Assembly (NCBI GenBank): GCA_044892525.1
Contig: CM097885.1
Span: 24,926,001-24,990,000, forward strand
Direction of reading: 5' to 3'
Length of the DNA: 64,000 nucleotides
DNA from: Schmidtea polychroa
Taxonomy: Eukaryota
The position numbers and the translations under genes were made by a program. This document shows positions 1 through 14,450 of the stretch, one piece after another. The stretch's first letter is position 1, and every line of letters starts with the position of its first letter. The notes below the pieces were generated by a model, which worked only from the letters and a program-made list of their open reading frames with translations, had not been told where the DNA came from and did not search any database.

Positions 1-549
1 AAATGTAATGGGCTTACTAGCATAATCTAATGGTACAACTGTTGTCCCTTATGGAAGTTTCTAGGGAAAACAAAGTTGGTACGTACCATGATGTAGCTTC
101 AGAAGTAACGAAAGTGTTACTTGGTTACGGTGAATCAGTCGGTGATGGGTCAGCTTCTATGGAAAATGAAAATAGAGTTTCTTACGGTTCCTGATTGAAC
201 TGCTATGATTGGTCTATGTGCATGAGGTGATGTTGGGGACTTATCATAGTTCCAATATTTTCCTGATGATTGAAAAAAAATTGCGGGGGGGGGGGCATAG
301 TTACTAAAAATAGCTTTGTCCCCTTAGCAGCGATATTATTGGTAGATCATGGTTATGGGAGTTAAATTTAGAAGTAGGGCGACTTGGTGGAAAATAATGA
401 ATATATAAAAAATGTTAAACAAAATAGATGTTGTACTTTAACCGATTTTACGATTTAAAAAATTTATAACTTAATAAATTTGTTAATATTAATAGTAGGG
501 TTCACAATTTTGCAGGATTAACGGTTTATCATTCCTAGAAAAAAAACTA

Positions 550-2235
550 CCGGATAGTCTCGAATTTTTATAGATTTCAACGCGAAATAAAGAAATCGAA
601 AGTAAGACCGGTCTTACTTTCGAGTGAAGAATGATACCCCAACCCTTGTTATGCCCTCGTTAAATCAATAAAAATGTGAGGAAATTAAGACATAAAAATA
701 AAATTGTAAAACAAAATACACTTTAACAGAACATAAATAAAGGTAAAACATAAAATATGAATTCACAGTGTTTTTAATGAAACATGATTTCATTTTTATT
801 CACCAAAATCAACATACTCCTTCTCTTCCGATAATTCTTCTTCCACAACAAAACCATCGTCTGCTTCCACACCTATCAATTTTTGTTTAAGATTGTTATT
901 AAACAAATCCCCGTTATAGTCTTGATTAACCCCAAAAATGCCACAACAAACAAATGCCTTCTGTATACTCTCGGTCTTTATTTGATCAAACGATTCAGAT
1001 ACCCATTTGAATATAATTTCCCAACAGGGTTTCTGCCTGTATTCCATTTTAGTGAAATTTGCATCCCCATTTGCCATCCATTCCGACCATCTTTTTCTAT
1101 ATTCGTTTTTAAAAATAAAATTAATAACAACATCAAGAGGCTGTAAAAATGCAGTTGTTTTTTCCGGAATTTCAATTGTTTTCACATTAAGTCGAGTGAA
1201 AAGATCTGTAACTTCATTTCTTGTATGCGCACTAAACTTATCAAAAATAATTACAGCTTTCCTGTTTTGCCCAAAAATATTATCGCATGGAAATCAATTT
1301 TGGATCCACGTTTTCATTATTTCTGTTGTCATCGTTCCAGATTCAGATGTAATTACCATTAGATTTTTTGGAATAAAGCATTTGGGAACTTTACACAATT
1401 TTTTAAGAATCACAAGAGTTCTATGAAGTTTTTCATTGCTGAAATAAGTAGCACGACTGAAAAACGTGTTTCGCAGTGCCCAGTTCCCTTTGCTTCGACA
1501 TTTTTTTCACCTTTGGTAGTTATAGTCTTTGATGGCAAAGTATCTATATAAATGGGTGTTTCATCCATATTATAAATATTACTTTCATCATACATTTGGC
1601 AAATTTTCACTTTTTCTAAATGGTTTGTAATTATTTCCTTTATCTCGGAATGACTTCGATTATCCTGTTGTCCAATGCTTGTTATTTTACGATAGGATAG
1701 ATTGTTTCTTCTAAAGAAATTATGAACCCAACATTGACTTAATACAAGCGACAAATTGTTTGCAGTTATATATTCCATTGCTTTTTGTCTCAAAAGGTAC
1801 ACGGAAACTGCTCGTTTGAAAACCATCCTTTCGAATTTAACATATTCAACCAAAAGTTTTTCCAATTCTGGAAATTCGGCTTTTCTTCCACATCCCACTT
1901 TCTTTAGTACATTTTTCCTGGTTACGCTCAAAAGAGTATCCTTCTGGTATAACCAATCACGCAACATTTTGGATGTTATATTGTTTTCACGTGCCGTCTT
2001 ACTGATGTTTCCCTTGTTCACAATCAAGCGTTCAAGTATATCCAGCTTAAACTTAACTGTTTATGATCGTCTTGTATTTGTCATATGGATATAAAAATTT
2101 TGGATATATAATGGATATATATATGGATATATAATTTTTTAATGGAAATCAATTTTATTTGTCTCGAAAGTAAGACCACTCGAAAGTAAGACCATGGTCT
2201 TACTTTCGAGTGGTCTTACTTTCGAGACTGTCCGG
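550..2235 (-). mobile_element. pogo-family (Tc1/mariner superfamily) DNA transposon, full length, decayed
   Basis: TIRs CCGGATAGTCTCGAA (550-564) and TTCGAGACTGTCCGG (2221-2235), with TA on both sides. Subterminal CGAAAGTAAGACC repeats lie at ~597-623 and ~2165-2225. A transposase relic lies inside. Confidence 0.93.
796..2084 (-). pseudogene. pogo transposase pseudogene (Brinker/psq-like HTH, CENP-B-type HTH, DD35D domain)
   Basis: Reads MTNTRRS*TVKFKL...GCGRKAEFPELE...WVHNFFRRNNLSYRKIT...NMDETP...IIFDKFSAHT...LQPLDV. There are 35 residues between the second and third Asp. One early stop plus frameshifts near 1410 and ~1280. Confidence 0.9.
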
Positions 2236-2399
2236 TATATTAATTATGCATAGAATTAGCAACGATAAAATGGTGATGCCAATAATAATAGTTATAATAA
2301 TAACAAATAATGATATTAATAATAATAATTCTAAGGATGATGGCAAAATTTAATAATAATGGTGATAATAATAATAATAATAAATTTATATTTTTATAA

Positions 2400-4100
2400 G
2401 ATTACCACATATATACAGCTTGAGGGGAGGTCATTTACGAAAAATTATGAAATTATATTTTTAAATGAAATATAATTTAACTCTATATGAATATGATCTA
2501 ATTCAGTATACCTAAGTAATAGTTAATGGCTACATGATTTGAGGTGGGTCGGTTAAATAAAAAATACAAGTTATATTTTTAAAGGTAATACAAGTTAAAT
2601 ATATTGAAAACAAATTAAATTAGTACTTTTGGGTAATCATTAATGACTATATGATCTGAGGAGGGTCATTTATGAAAATTTACAATTTATATTTTTAAAT
2701 ATAATAAGTTAAATATATATGAAGATAAGCTAATTTAGTATAGTTAGGTGGTAGTTGATGACTATATGGTTTATGGGGGGGGGGCAGACTTTGATGAAAA
2801 ATTTTCAACTATAATGTTACCGGTAATCTAAGTTAATTATATATTTAAAATAGTCTAAATTAATGCATTTAGATAATAATTATTGGTTATGTGATCTGAG
2901 GTGTTATTAAATTTGTTAACTGTACTTATATAAGTTAATTTATTACTATATATATATATATATATATTGTTTTCGACTAATGTATAGTTTGAGGGGATAC
3001 TTATGAAAAAATGTAAGTTATACTTTTATAAGTTTCAAATATACATATATAAGTTAGATTATGAATATGAACATTTGTTTCGACGATTACCTAACTTGGG
3101 GGGGGGGGGGTCGTTTATAAAATATTTACAACTTTTTATGAGGTTATAGATTATATTTTTATCGCTAACGTAGTTTATATTTTATACTTTTATGACCAAA
3201 TTAAGATTATAATTTATACTCTTACAGTTAATATAAGTTTATAATTTATATTTTTATGAAATTAAATTTATAGTTTATATTTTTAAAGCTAATATGATTT
3301 TATAATTTATACCTTGGTAGCTAATATAAGTTTATAAGTTATATTTTTATGAATAATCGAAGTTTCTTCTTTATAATTTCTACTTTTATAATTTCTACTT
3401 AGATGAATGAGTTAAGTTTATAAGTTATATTTTATGAATGTTTTATGGATAATCTAAGTTTACAATTTATGATATAATTTCGGTATACTTTACACTTTGA
3501 AATTAACCTAATTCCATAATTTATACTTTTATGGGTTTACGATTTTTATTTTTTATAGTTAGTTTAGAGTTTATTCAATTTATAATCCAAGTCTTGCCGA
3601 TACGCATATCGAACACCATTATGAATACTATCACTGTTAATTCAACCATTTTAAAAAATCTCTACTTTACACTATTACTAGAAAATTTATTTAGGACATT
3701 TATAAATCTAGATTCGACAAACGTATAGGTAGAGTTGGTTCTTGATGATATAGATTAACATTATTTTCGATTATTTTATAACTTGGTGGTGGGGGTGGGG
3801 GTATTCATGAAAAACTATAAATTCTACTTTTATAAGACTAATATATATCTATGTACTTTACATGGCTGATATTGACATCGGTATGACTAACATACAACTT
3901 GGGGTATTCATGGAAATTATAATTTACAGTTTCTTGAGTTTATAGTACATTTAGATAATTTCATTAGTATTTGTAACATTTATTTTGACCATTACACAAC
4001 TTGAAGGGGTTTTTGAGGAAAAATTATAACTTAATATAAATTTGTGTTATTAACCTAGTATCAGACTATTATACGGTTTGAGGGGGTAGAAAATATCATA
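2400..4100. repeat. Degenerate tandem repeat, ~95-120-bp period, with G-rich core
   Basis: TGAGG(G)n-TCATTTA-like cores recur at ~2421, 2540, 2657, 2773, 2896, 2990, 3097, 3785, 3900, 4002 and 4079. Confidence 0.55.
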
Positions 4101-4974
4101 AATCAGATCAAATATATCAAATCTATTTTTGATTAATTAATAAGTAAATAAACAGAATCTGAATTATGCATCAAATAAATGTGCTTGTAAATTACGTAAA
4201 AAGTTTAAAGTTAGCCAAGGCAAATAGTGAGCTCGTTGTATTGACGTCAAGAGTGAATGAAAATCAAATGCTGTGAATAAATAGTCGGATTGTGAATGCT
4301 GCTTGATTAATTATTGTATACTGTAATAGAAAGAGATAATAATATGCAGATGTATCCAACAATTTAAATGAAAGGTTTTGGATTTTGCGAGCCAGGAATG
4401 TCATAAAGAAATATGAATGGCAACGTTACGAATGTCAGCGACAAAAGTCAACCGCTATGACGGAAATAATAGAACCATGTTTTGATTTTGATTTCGCTTC
4501 AGTGGAAGTCAATTTTACGAGTCATTGCGAAATAGTTCAGGATATTACACGTACTCATACAGAACAATATTTGTGTCTTTTTACATGTCTTGATTGTAGA
4601 TTAGAAATGAACTATTGACTACGTGCAGAGTCCTTTATATTTCCGGTCAGGTCAGACCATTTCTCTGGGTATTTTATATTAGTTCGTTAAAAGTGACTTA
4701 AAATATTTTAAATCAGACATTAGAAAATATACATTGATTGGGTATTTAACGAGAATAATTTTTGTTTATTTTGTCTTTTTTGCAAGAAGTCAGGACTAAA
4801 ATTATTGCTTATTCAATCAGTCAAACAAAAATTCATCTTTAACTTAATATATTGAATTTATGTAAGTGAATCTATATATTATATCAATTGACGTATTGCA
4901 AAAATCATTTTTATTAGCTTTATTTAAATTTAACTCTTATTTTATTTATATAAATTTATAAATTATTTTTTAGG

Positions 4975-5636
4975 GAAATTGAATAAAAAAATTTATGATT
5001 GCAAATTTAAACACGAATGGTTGCTTAATAAGGAATATAAGCAATGGATAAGTCAGTTTGGTGAATATAGAGCAAAATGTATATAATGTAATGTCAATTT
5101 AACTGTCAAACATGACGGATAAAGGGCTTTAAAGAACATGAAGCAAAGATTAAATCTTTGGCTGGATCACAATTGCTTTCAGCTTTCATTACAACAGATA
5201 ATTTGAAAAATCGGAAGCAAACGATAGCCGAACTTAGTCCTGTTTATCATGCTGTTCAGCATCGTATTAGCCAGAGAGTCTTAGACTGTTCAATGAAATT
5301 AAGCTCTATAGTTTTTACTGATTCTGCTATTGCGAAATCGATTCATTGTGGTCGCACAAAAATTAATGCACTTGTGGAAGGTTTTTAGCCCCCAAAGCTT
5401 TGGAAATGGTTAAGTGATTTGACGAAAAACATAGGTGATTTTTATGAAGATCACTACGAGTTCCAAAGCAGTTTTTCAACAAATAATAGACAAATTAGAA
5501 CAGGTACATTTTTATATATAAAAATTGTCAACTTTTTCTGGTGATAATGCTCTAGTAAATTTTGACAAACACAATTCAGTTTAACAAAAACACCCAAACA
5601 TAATGAAAGCTAACTATTTGGCTCATCTACTACTTA
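4975..5636 (+). pseudogene. hAT-like transposase fragment (N-terminal zinc finger plus partial core), cut by a Polinton-like insertion
   Basis: Reads CKFKHEWL...KQWI...RAKCI*CN, AEL..VYHAVQH...DC..KL...F.DS.IAK.IHCGRTK, SGDNA.VN and ANYLAHL (degenerate CxxH position). Multiple stops and frameshifts. Confidence 0.65.
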
Positions 5637-7652
5637 AGTAGTATGATTGGAGCCCTCCAGAACAGGAGCCCGCCACGACACATATACCCCCCTCCCCCCC
5701 GGGAAATTTTTTTTTTAAATAAAAGGTCAAGCTCAAGGTCATTTTTTTTTGTTTTATTAATTGATCCAGCGGGGTCACACTTTTTTTCATCCCAAAAATT
5801 AATGTTCCCGCCAACAGATTTTATTGGACGATACCTCATCTTAAAGCCCAATGCAAGACCTTTAAGATGTGTTATAGGTATTTTATATATCTTTAACAGT
5901 TTTAATGTTATTAACATTTGATGACCACCATCTTTTCAAAGATAAATTATTATTATTTTCAAAATATTATTAATTGATCCAGAGGGCTCACACTTTTTTT
6001 CATCCAAAAATTAATGTTCCCATTATTCGAATTTATTAGTTGATAGCTTAATTTGAAGCTTAGTGCAAGACCTTTCAATGAGCTATTGAAGGTATCATCA
6101 TCATTAATATTGGGAAAGATACTAACGTTTTCCCGAGACCATTTTCAAGGTCATATAATTATTATTATTATTCAAAATATTATTAATTGATCCAGAGGGC
6201 TCACACTTTTTTTCATCCCAAAAATTAATGTTCCCATCATTTTATTTCATCGATCGATAGCTTATTTTGAAGCCCAGTGCAAGATATATCTATTGATATA
6301 TAAATATTATTATTATCATTATTATAGGCAAAATTATTAACGTTTTCCCGAGACCATTTTCAAGGTCATTTAACTATTTTATTATTTTTTCAAAATATTA
6401 TTTTTAAGGTCATTTATTTTTTCAAGGTCATTTATTATTTTCAATGTCAAATTTTAAACAAAGACATATGACTCATCAAGGTCATTTATAATTTTCAAGG
6501 TCATTTATTTTTTCAAGGTCATTTATTTTTCAAGGTCATTTATTATTTTTAAGGTCATTTATTTTTTCAAGGTCAAATTTTAAACAAAGACATGACTCAT
6601 CAAGGTCATTTATTTTTTCAAGGTCATTTATTTTTTTCAATGTCCTTTATTTTTACAAGGTCATTTATTTTTTCAAGGTCATTTATTTTTTCAAGATCGC
6701 GTGACTCTTCCAAGGTCATTCCAAAGGTCATATGACTCATTAGGATGAATCATCAAGGTCATATTATTATTTTTTAAAATATTATTATTATTTTTCAAAA
6801 ATATTATTAAGTGGTCTGGCGGGCTCCTGGTTTTCGTTTGCCCAAAAGTTATCGTTCCCATTATCCGAATTTATTAATCAAACACTTAATTTGAAGCTTA
6901 GTGCAAGACCTTTCGAATGAGCTATTGGAGGTATCATCATCTTTAATATTGGGAATGTTTTGGAAACGTTTTCCCGAGACCATTTTCAAGGTCATTTGAC
7001 TATTTTATTATTATTTTTTCAAAATATTATTTTTCAAGGTCATTTATTTTTTCAAAGTCAGGGTCAAGGTCATTTATTTTTTCAAAATATTATTTTTCAA
7101 GGTCGTTTATTTTTTCAAGGTCATTTATTTTTTCAAGGTCATTTATTTTTAGTAACATTTTAAATCTATTTTTAGTAACATTTTCGAACCGATGTTTTAA
7201 TTATCGATTATGTATTAATTTGATATTGTTTAAATCATTGATTATATTATATTATTTTTTGTTTTAATTATCGATTATTATTATTATTAATCTATATACT
7301 CCTAGTCTATCCGACAAGATATTCTGTCCCCCTATGGGTATTGCTCATATGGGTAATGGTCACAAGGGTACTGCTCACATTATTATTAAATTCTGACCAA
7401 CTTAAATCAATGAAGGGGTAGAACAAAAATATATTACTTTGCGGTATTTTAAATTTAAAAATATTTTAAAAACTTATTTTGACACTAAAGTTTACTTAAT
7501 TAACAAAGACATAATTATTGCACATGCTTTGCATAAATATTATTATTTTTTAAATTTTCAATATTTTCTTTTAAAGTATTAACACGCGCGGGAGTTATTA
7601 TTATTAGTGAAAACCTATAATATTTTTTACACACACACACAACCCATTAACA

Positions 7653-7686
<34 letters not shown>

Positions 7687-7729
7687 GTGAAAAATCTAAA
7701 ATATGGTTTACACACACAACCCATTAACA

Positions 7730-7791
<62 letters not shown>

Positions 7792-10700
7792 CAATATTAG
7801 TGAAAACCTAAAATATTTTTTTACACACACACAACCCATTAAACTTTATTATTATTATTATTGAAAAACCTAAAATATTTTTTACACACACAACCCATTA
7901 ACAATTATTATTATCAACATTAGTGAAAACCTAAAATATTTTACACACACACAACCCATCAACAATTATTATTATTATTATAATTAGTCAAAAAACATAA
8001 AATATTTTTACATACATAGTTATAGGATAGAGAATTATTATATGTTTGCACTAATTAATTAAATATGAAATTAATGAAAAATCTGTTTTCTGGGTTTGCC
8101 TTTACAGGAAATTGTCAATAAGGAGCGATAATTTTATACACACATTCTATATACACATACCTTGTTTAACATGGGTGTATATAGTCAGAGTTTATCCGAC
8201 AAGATATTCTGTCCCCCTATGGGTATTGCTCATATGGGTAATGGTCACAAGGGTACTACTCACACTCAACATGTCGCAAAGGTTTTCGAGCTTAAAGCAT
8301 ATTATGGTTTATTAAGGTTAGTAAATAAAACTTATCACACACACTATTTAAACGATAAAAATCAAGACAAGAGAGGACAAGGCAAAGTTTATGCATTTAG
8401 TATTGCCAGGTCTAATGAGCAGTGACCAAATATCTGTGCCTGAAAGACACGGTGGATATTTGTTCGCGTCCACAAGGGTCGTGAGGTCAGAAGAACCTGG
8501 GCATTATAGTTTTCCGTACGGAACATTACGCCTAGCATGGGTAGTCAACTACCAGCACATTCGAAACGTATAATTTCAAAATACATGCGTAATTGGCACT
8601 ATAACCAAATTAATTATTGTTTTCACTAACACAAATATATATTTACAGAGGCCTCCCACTAGTTGGATTACAACCGCCCACCACGACGATCAGCTTGTAA
8701 ATATATATTAATTAAGGGATAAAGAGGACCCACCCAACCCTATTATATTTAATTTACAAATTTTTCTCGCTCTTCTGCTGGTAATCTATCTCAAAATTAT
8801 CATCTCCATCGGGTCATTTGGAATACATCTTGCAAATTAGTTTCTGATGCGGCGTCAACTATCATTGCCAAAATTTATATTGATTTAAAAGCAATTAACT
8901 TACAATATCTAACATTTTATCATCACAGGCTTGATAAATTAGGCAACTGTTATTTGTGGTATACTTTATCGTTTCCCACCATAAAACACAGATACCTAAA
9001 TATAATATATATATTTTAAAGAATTAATTCATGTCTTACATTAATGATATTCTTCAGGTATGATGAGTACTTTACTTAATTGCTAAAACATCGGTTTTAC
9101 TATTTTTCTTGACATTTGTTAAAAGTTTACATAAGTCTGATAAGTAAACATTCATGTTGAAGGATACCGCAATCAGCTAATTCATTTAAGAAATCCAGAA
9201 CATAAGTCTTTTAGTGTTTCATCTTCTTCATAATCATATAATTCATTTTCTTCATTACTAAGTAAAATAATTAAAATATTGTAGTAAATTCTTTATTTAC
9301 TTACTTTATGGATACTAAAACGAAAGAAATAAAGTTATATGAAAAGTTTATTTAAATAATTTAAATTTAGTTATTTAAAAATATTTAAACAATTTAGTTA
9401 TTTAAGCATATTTAAACATTATTATATAGTATAATTTTATATAATATTATAATATTATAATTTTGTGTATTCTAAATTTATTAATAAATACAGTATAATT
9501 TTATATAATTTTATAATTTTATGTACACTTATATATCCTTCATTTAATTTTTTAAATTCAAAAATTTATAATGAAGATTCTGTTAGTATTTCCAGGCAGA
9601 AAACAACGAATTCAATAATTAAAATCTTAATTTTCATGTTGTTAGGGTTGTTGCCAGAAGTTAATCGCCATCTAATTGTTTGTTCAGTTATCAGCCTGTT
9701 CTCAATTTTGCTCATTTTTGTTCAAAACATTCAAGTGAGTTGTTATCTGGAAAGTTTCTTTTAGCTCAGCTTTGTTAAAACACTCACGGTATTCTTGAAA
9801 GATGTGACACTGGAAATAAATTAACAATGGGTGGTCATCCATAGATGTTGTTGGTTTGAACTGTTGATTTATTTTAGAAATAGATATATTAAAAACATTT
9901 ACGGTATCATTCAGTAAAATAATATAGTATTTTTGAGTATTTTTAGTTAATTTATAAATAACAGTATTTTGATATATCAATAAAGACCATATACTCCGAG
10001 TTTATCCGACAAAATATTCTGTCCCCTATGGGTATTGCTAGCAAGAGTACTGGTCACATTCAACATGTCCCAATATTAATCAGTTAAAAATTCCTAGATA
10101 ATTTAGTGAGATGATCAGAAATTCGTGAATATTTTAAATGTAACTTTACACTTATGTCGAGCGACTAATTTATTGGTTAACTTTGTAGTCATTTAAAGCA
10201 AAAATTAATTTATTCATCTAATGTTCGTTACAATAGTTAATAATATGAGAAAAACATGGTCATTATTCATTGATAATTTTAAATTCTTTATCATTTGGAG
10301 TAAATTTGTTTGAGGCAAAAATAATTAAAGGAGTCATAATAGAAATATGGTTATCATTTATCCAATTAAGGGGCTTATTAGTTAGAAATATATATTATAA
10401 AGTAACAATTATTTTCTAATTTAATTAGATGATCATTAGACGTAATATATCTTTGCGAGAAATTTAAGATGTTTGAGTAACCAAAACATGGATATTTTGT
10501 GCGATAAATTTATGAATATTGGTTAATTTTGTTATTTTTAGTCATTTAAAATAATATTTAGCAAAGGTAATTTAGCAAAATATCATTTATCCATCCGATA
10601 ACAATATTCCTTCAATAGATTAACTGATATTCAACCTATTTAATTTCTAATTAAAATCATAAATTTCCTTCAATAAAGTTAAATTTTCTTTAGTTGTCGA
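5637..10700. mobile_element. Polinton-like non-autonomous element A; left end only, right boundary not found
   Basis: Starts AGTAGTATGATT, then two 16-bp repeats and a C-tract, as in elements B and C. It has TCAAGGTCA arrays and copies of the shared TATCCGACAA cassette at ~7305, 8190 and 10000. 9985-10670 is an inverted homolog of ~18390-18800. The end coordinate is approximate. Confidence 0.7.
7600..8010. repeat. Minisatellite TTAGTGAAAACCTAAAATATTTTTACACACACAACCCATTAAC separated by (ATT)n
   Basis: About six copies visible directly. Confidence 0.85.
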
Positions 10701-11945
10701 TTTCCAACTTTTAAGTCAATATCTCTCAAGTTTTGTCACCGATATCCCCACAATGAATATCCGTCTATAACATGTTAAATGAAGGTAAATAATTTAAAGC
10801 AATAACCTTTGATATCATTCTCAATTAATTCTAAAGATTTCAGATATTTCATTGTCAAAACCAAGTAAATAAACACCTAATTGATCATTAACCCTAAACG
10901 ACTTAATAAAACCATGGATAATTAATAGATAATTAATAAAAACTTGTTCTAAAACATAAATCTAAATTACTGTGCAATAACATTCATCACGACTTAATAA
11001 ACCTCTAAAACGATATAAGTTCACTGGAATTATTATTAATTCATAGCTAAATACTAACTATTTCCTTTGAAAATTTGATATTTTACCAATAAGAACATTG
11101 TCGATTTAAATAGAGATTTCAAAACATGTCCACCTTAACCGATCCCTCACCAAATATTTCTAGCATTTTAAAAACCCCCTTAAAAATCATATATTACCAT
11201 CTTAACCGAACCTTCACTAAATCCAACCGACTTTAATATATCAATTCTCTTAAAATTCATGGGAAATCCTTCAAAATATGAATTTTATTTAATTGTTAAA
11301 AACATTCTTCCATTGAAATAATTTAGTAGCTAAATTCAAAGCGTCCACTAAAAGATCAAAATAAATATTTAACCACATGTATCATCAAATACCTAACTAG
11401 AGATGATAATATCTCATTGATTGATCATAATTCTTCATCGATTGGCGCTATATTCCTCCACCTATCGCTGCGCTCGTTACCTGTCCGCCCGCATATCCTC
11501 CAAGAGCTTTATCACTAAAACAAAACATAATTAATAACATGACTTCTCTCATTCTCGTCCAATCGCTCCGCCCTATTGCCACCATCATCGCAGTATAAGT
11601 CGCAATTTCCCCAGTGGCACTCTTGCCCTGACACAGAATTGCACCCGGACTTATTCTTCGGGGCCTTTCTGGATGCTGTGAGGTTGGAATGGCAGACAAA
11701 ATGGCCCCTCACACGCATTTCATAATAACGTTTGAACAATCGCATTAAGATTAATAAATTATATATAAAGGAACAGCAACTTATATGTAGATTATAATAA
11801 ATCAATACAACAGGAAAATACACAAAGGATTATACTGAAATCAAAACCAGAAGTCAAATCGTCATACACTATACATAGAGTATGGTGAAATCCAGACGAA
11901 ATTTCACTAGCTGTCACTTCGGCGAGTTAGCCACAGGGATATCGC

Positions 11946-12412
11946 TCAGTTCAATGCTCGCCCAGCTGCGGTGGAACGGTTCTTCCGTGGGCGCCCCCGC
12001 CGTCGAGCTTGGTCCAAACCTCGTGGTAGGCTCCTTGGGTGCTCCATGCCACGGCGAATGGCAGTGGTCCGTTCTGGATAACACTTCGATCGTGCAGACC
12101 CGTCGACGTCTTCTAGTTCATCGGCCAGGGTTGCGCCCTCGAGCCGTTGTAATCGATCCACGGCTACCTTGACATCCTCGAAGGCTTCGACCATAGTGAG
12201 GGAGGTAGTATTGATCAAGGGCTCTGCTTTCGGTATCACCGGAACCACATTCTGTTAAGTCCAATCGTGGATCTTATACCATATCTACCTGGATCTTAGC
12301 CGGGTGACTTCTCCATCTCGGTTCGGATTGGTGGAGTCTTCTGCCCCCTCGTGACTCGAGTCGGTTGGAGAGGGACCGGCCTGCTCTCTTCTTTGTCTTG
12401 TGTCGGGCATGC
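11946..12412 (-). pseudogene. GC-rich orphan ORF relic ending in an AT-hook-like motif
   Basis: ORFs 12285-12509 and 11946-12248 share a frame, separated by two stops or a possible 37-nt GT-AG intron. The C-terminus contains RRRGRPRK. Confidence 0.35.
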
Positions 12413-12727
12413 CTGTGATAATAAAAGAAACGTTAAATGTATCCTTGCTTCCCCATCTACGTTCGGTTACTCCAGGACGTTTGAGTACACCATTACAATC
12501 TAAATTCAAGCATGATATGCATTCAATCCAACAGACAGTAATTTTAGTATTTACGGTAGCTTTAAATTTCGAATTGATTTCTATGTTTGATTTTTATATT
12601 CAACTAAGAGATTAGGTTGGGGATCGATGAATTAAGGCTTGATAAATTAAGAATTACGACTTTACAATAAGTTTGTGTATTTAAATTAAAGATTAATAAA
12701 TTTAAGTTTAATTCGAGATATTAAAAT

Positions 12728-14450
12728 TGTTGGGCTGAGTCGAAAAAATATATCTAGGAAATTAGGATAAGTAAGACGTTGAATAAAATAAAAATAAGAA
12801 AATTTAAATAGGGAAATAAAATGACAAATAAAATAACGAAAAATTCAATAAATAACGAAGAAATTAATAAAACAAATAAAAAATATAATAAAAATAAGGA
12901 GAATTAAGGAAAATAACCATTAAAATAATAAATTAAAATAAATAACTTAAAAATAACTTAAAATAAATAACATTAAAATAAATAACCATTTAAATAACCA
13001 TTTAAATTTAAATAACCATTAAAATAATAAATTAAAATAAATAACTTGAAATTAAAATAATAAATTAAAATAAATAACATTAAAATAAATAACCATTTAA
13101 ATTAAAGATTAATAAATTTAAGTTTAATTCGAGATATTAAAATTTTTGGGCTGAGTCGAAAAAATATATCTAGGAAATTAGGATAATTAAGACGTTGAAT
13201 AAAATAAAAATAAGAATTTAAGAATAAAACAGAACCAAATACAAAGGAAACAAATAAACTAAGATATAAGAATTAAAACAAAAAATAAAAATAAGAAAAT
13301 TTAAATAGGGAAATAAAATGACAAATAAAATAACGAAAAATTCAATAAATAACGAAGAAATTAATAAAACAAATAAAATATATAATAAAAAAAAGGAGAA
13401 TTAAGGAAAATAACCAAAAAACAGGAAAAAATAAATTAAATTAGAAAAATAAGCGGTACTCAATTCTGATTGGTCCGCACAAATGAAAAATTAGTGTATA
13501 AACTAGCATTAAAATCATCACAATTACTGTTTAACCCAAAACTACTTAGGTAAGAAAATGATGTAAATTACTACTGTTTAACCCAAAACTACTTAGGTAA
13601 CTATCAGCGACATTCGAGAAACTCTATTTACGAACGAATCATCAGCGAATTTCTAATAACATTCAATTAGCGAGATCCAGTAAATTTTCGACTCAGCCTT
13701 TCAATATCTACGGAACAGTTTGGTAAGAATGTTTTCAATATAACTAGTTTTTATGCCGTAATGCTTAGTATATTAAATTAAATTTTGATAATTCTACCTT
13801 TTTCTTTTCATTTGATCCGATTGTTTTTGGTAATTTTAATTGATAACTAATAAACGTATTATTCAAGAATTTTTACGATTTATTTTATGATAGAATGCTT
13901 ATCGAATTTTATGATTTTAACTTTCTGAGAAACGTGGAGTTGAGAGGTTTCACCTCATGGTGTGAGGGGCCTTCGGGTGCTCAGCCGGTGGACGTGAAAT
14001 CTTTCAATCACGTAACTGATCCGGGCCGAAATGTGGGGGCTTCCTCGCGGGTCCGTCGCTGAAGATGCGACTGAAATATATGAATAATACTCTAGAAAGG
14101 TAGCAGCTATATAGTGATTGAAGGAGTAGTTGTATTAATCCAGTGAAATGAAGAAAGTTTTGTTTGAGAGTTCGCACAGTGATTGAGGGTGTCACGCTAT
14201 CGAATCATAGGATCATCTTTACCAAAACTTAGATTGTCTCCATCATCTGAAAAATCTATGCAAGAGTTTATTAAATTCGTCTGAACACTATTATCATCAT
14301 ATAGGGCGTATTATCTGTGTTCATAATTACACTCCAAATAGTTCCTGAAATTTTCAGTCTCCAGACCTTCGTAACTGCTATTTTCATCGTCTATATCCCT
14401 CGCGCACACTCAACTTTGATAAGTTTTTCTAAAGGCGTACATTGTAGCGA
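12728..14450 (+). repeat. LTR-like repeat, family 2, with local tandem duplication
   Basis: Starts TGTTGGGCT. An A-rich tract is followed by CTCAATTCTGATTGG...AAAAATTAGTGTATAA, matching ~35530-35575. The block ~12681-12920 is duplicated at ~13097-13416. The end is approximate. Confidence 0.5.

Noticed and set aside
8850..9980. Possible Polinton protease or other core gene in element A (an ADCG motif on the minus strand)
   Set aside because: Too fragmented, with no supporting His/Asp/Gln motifs.
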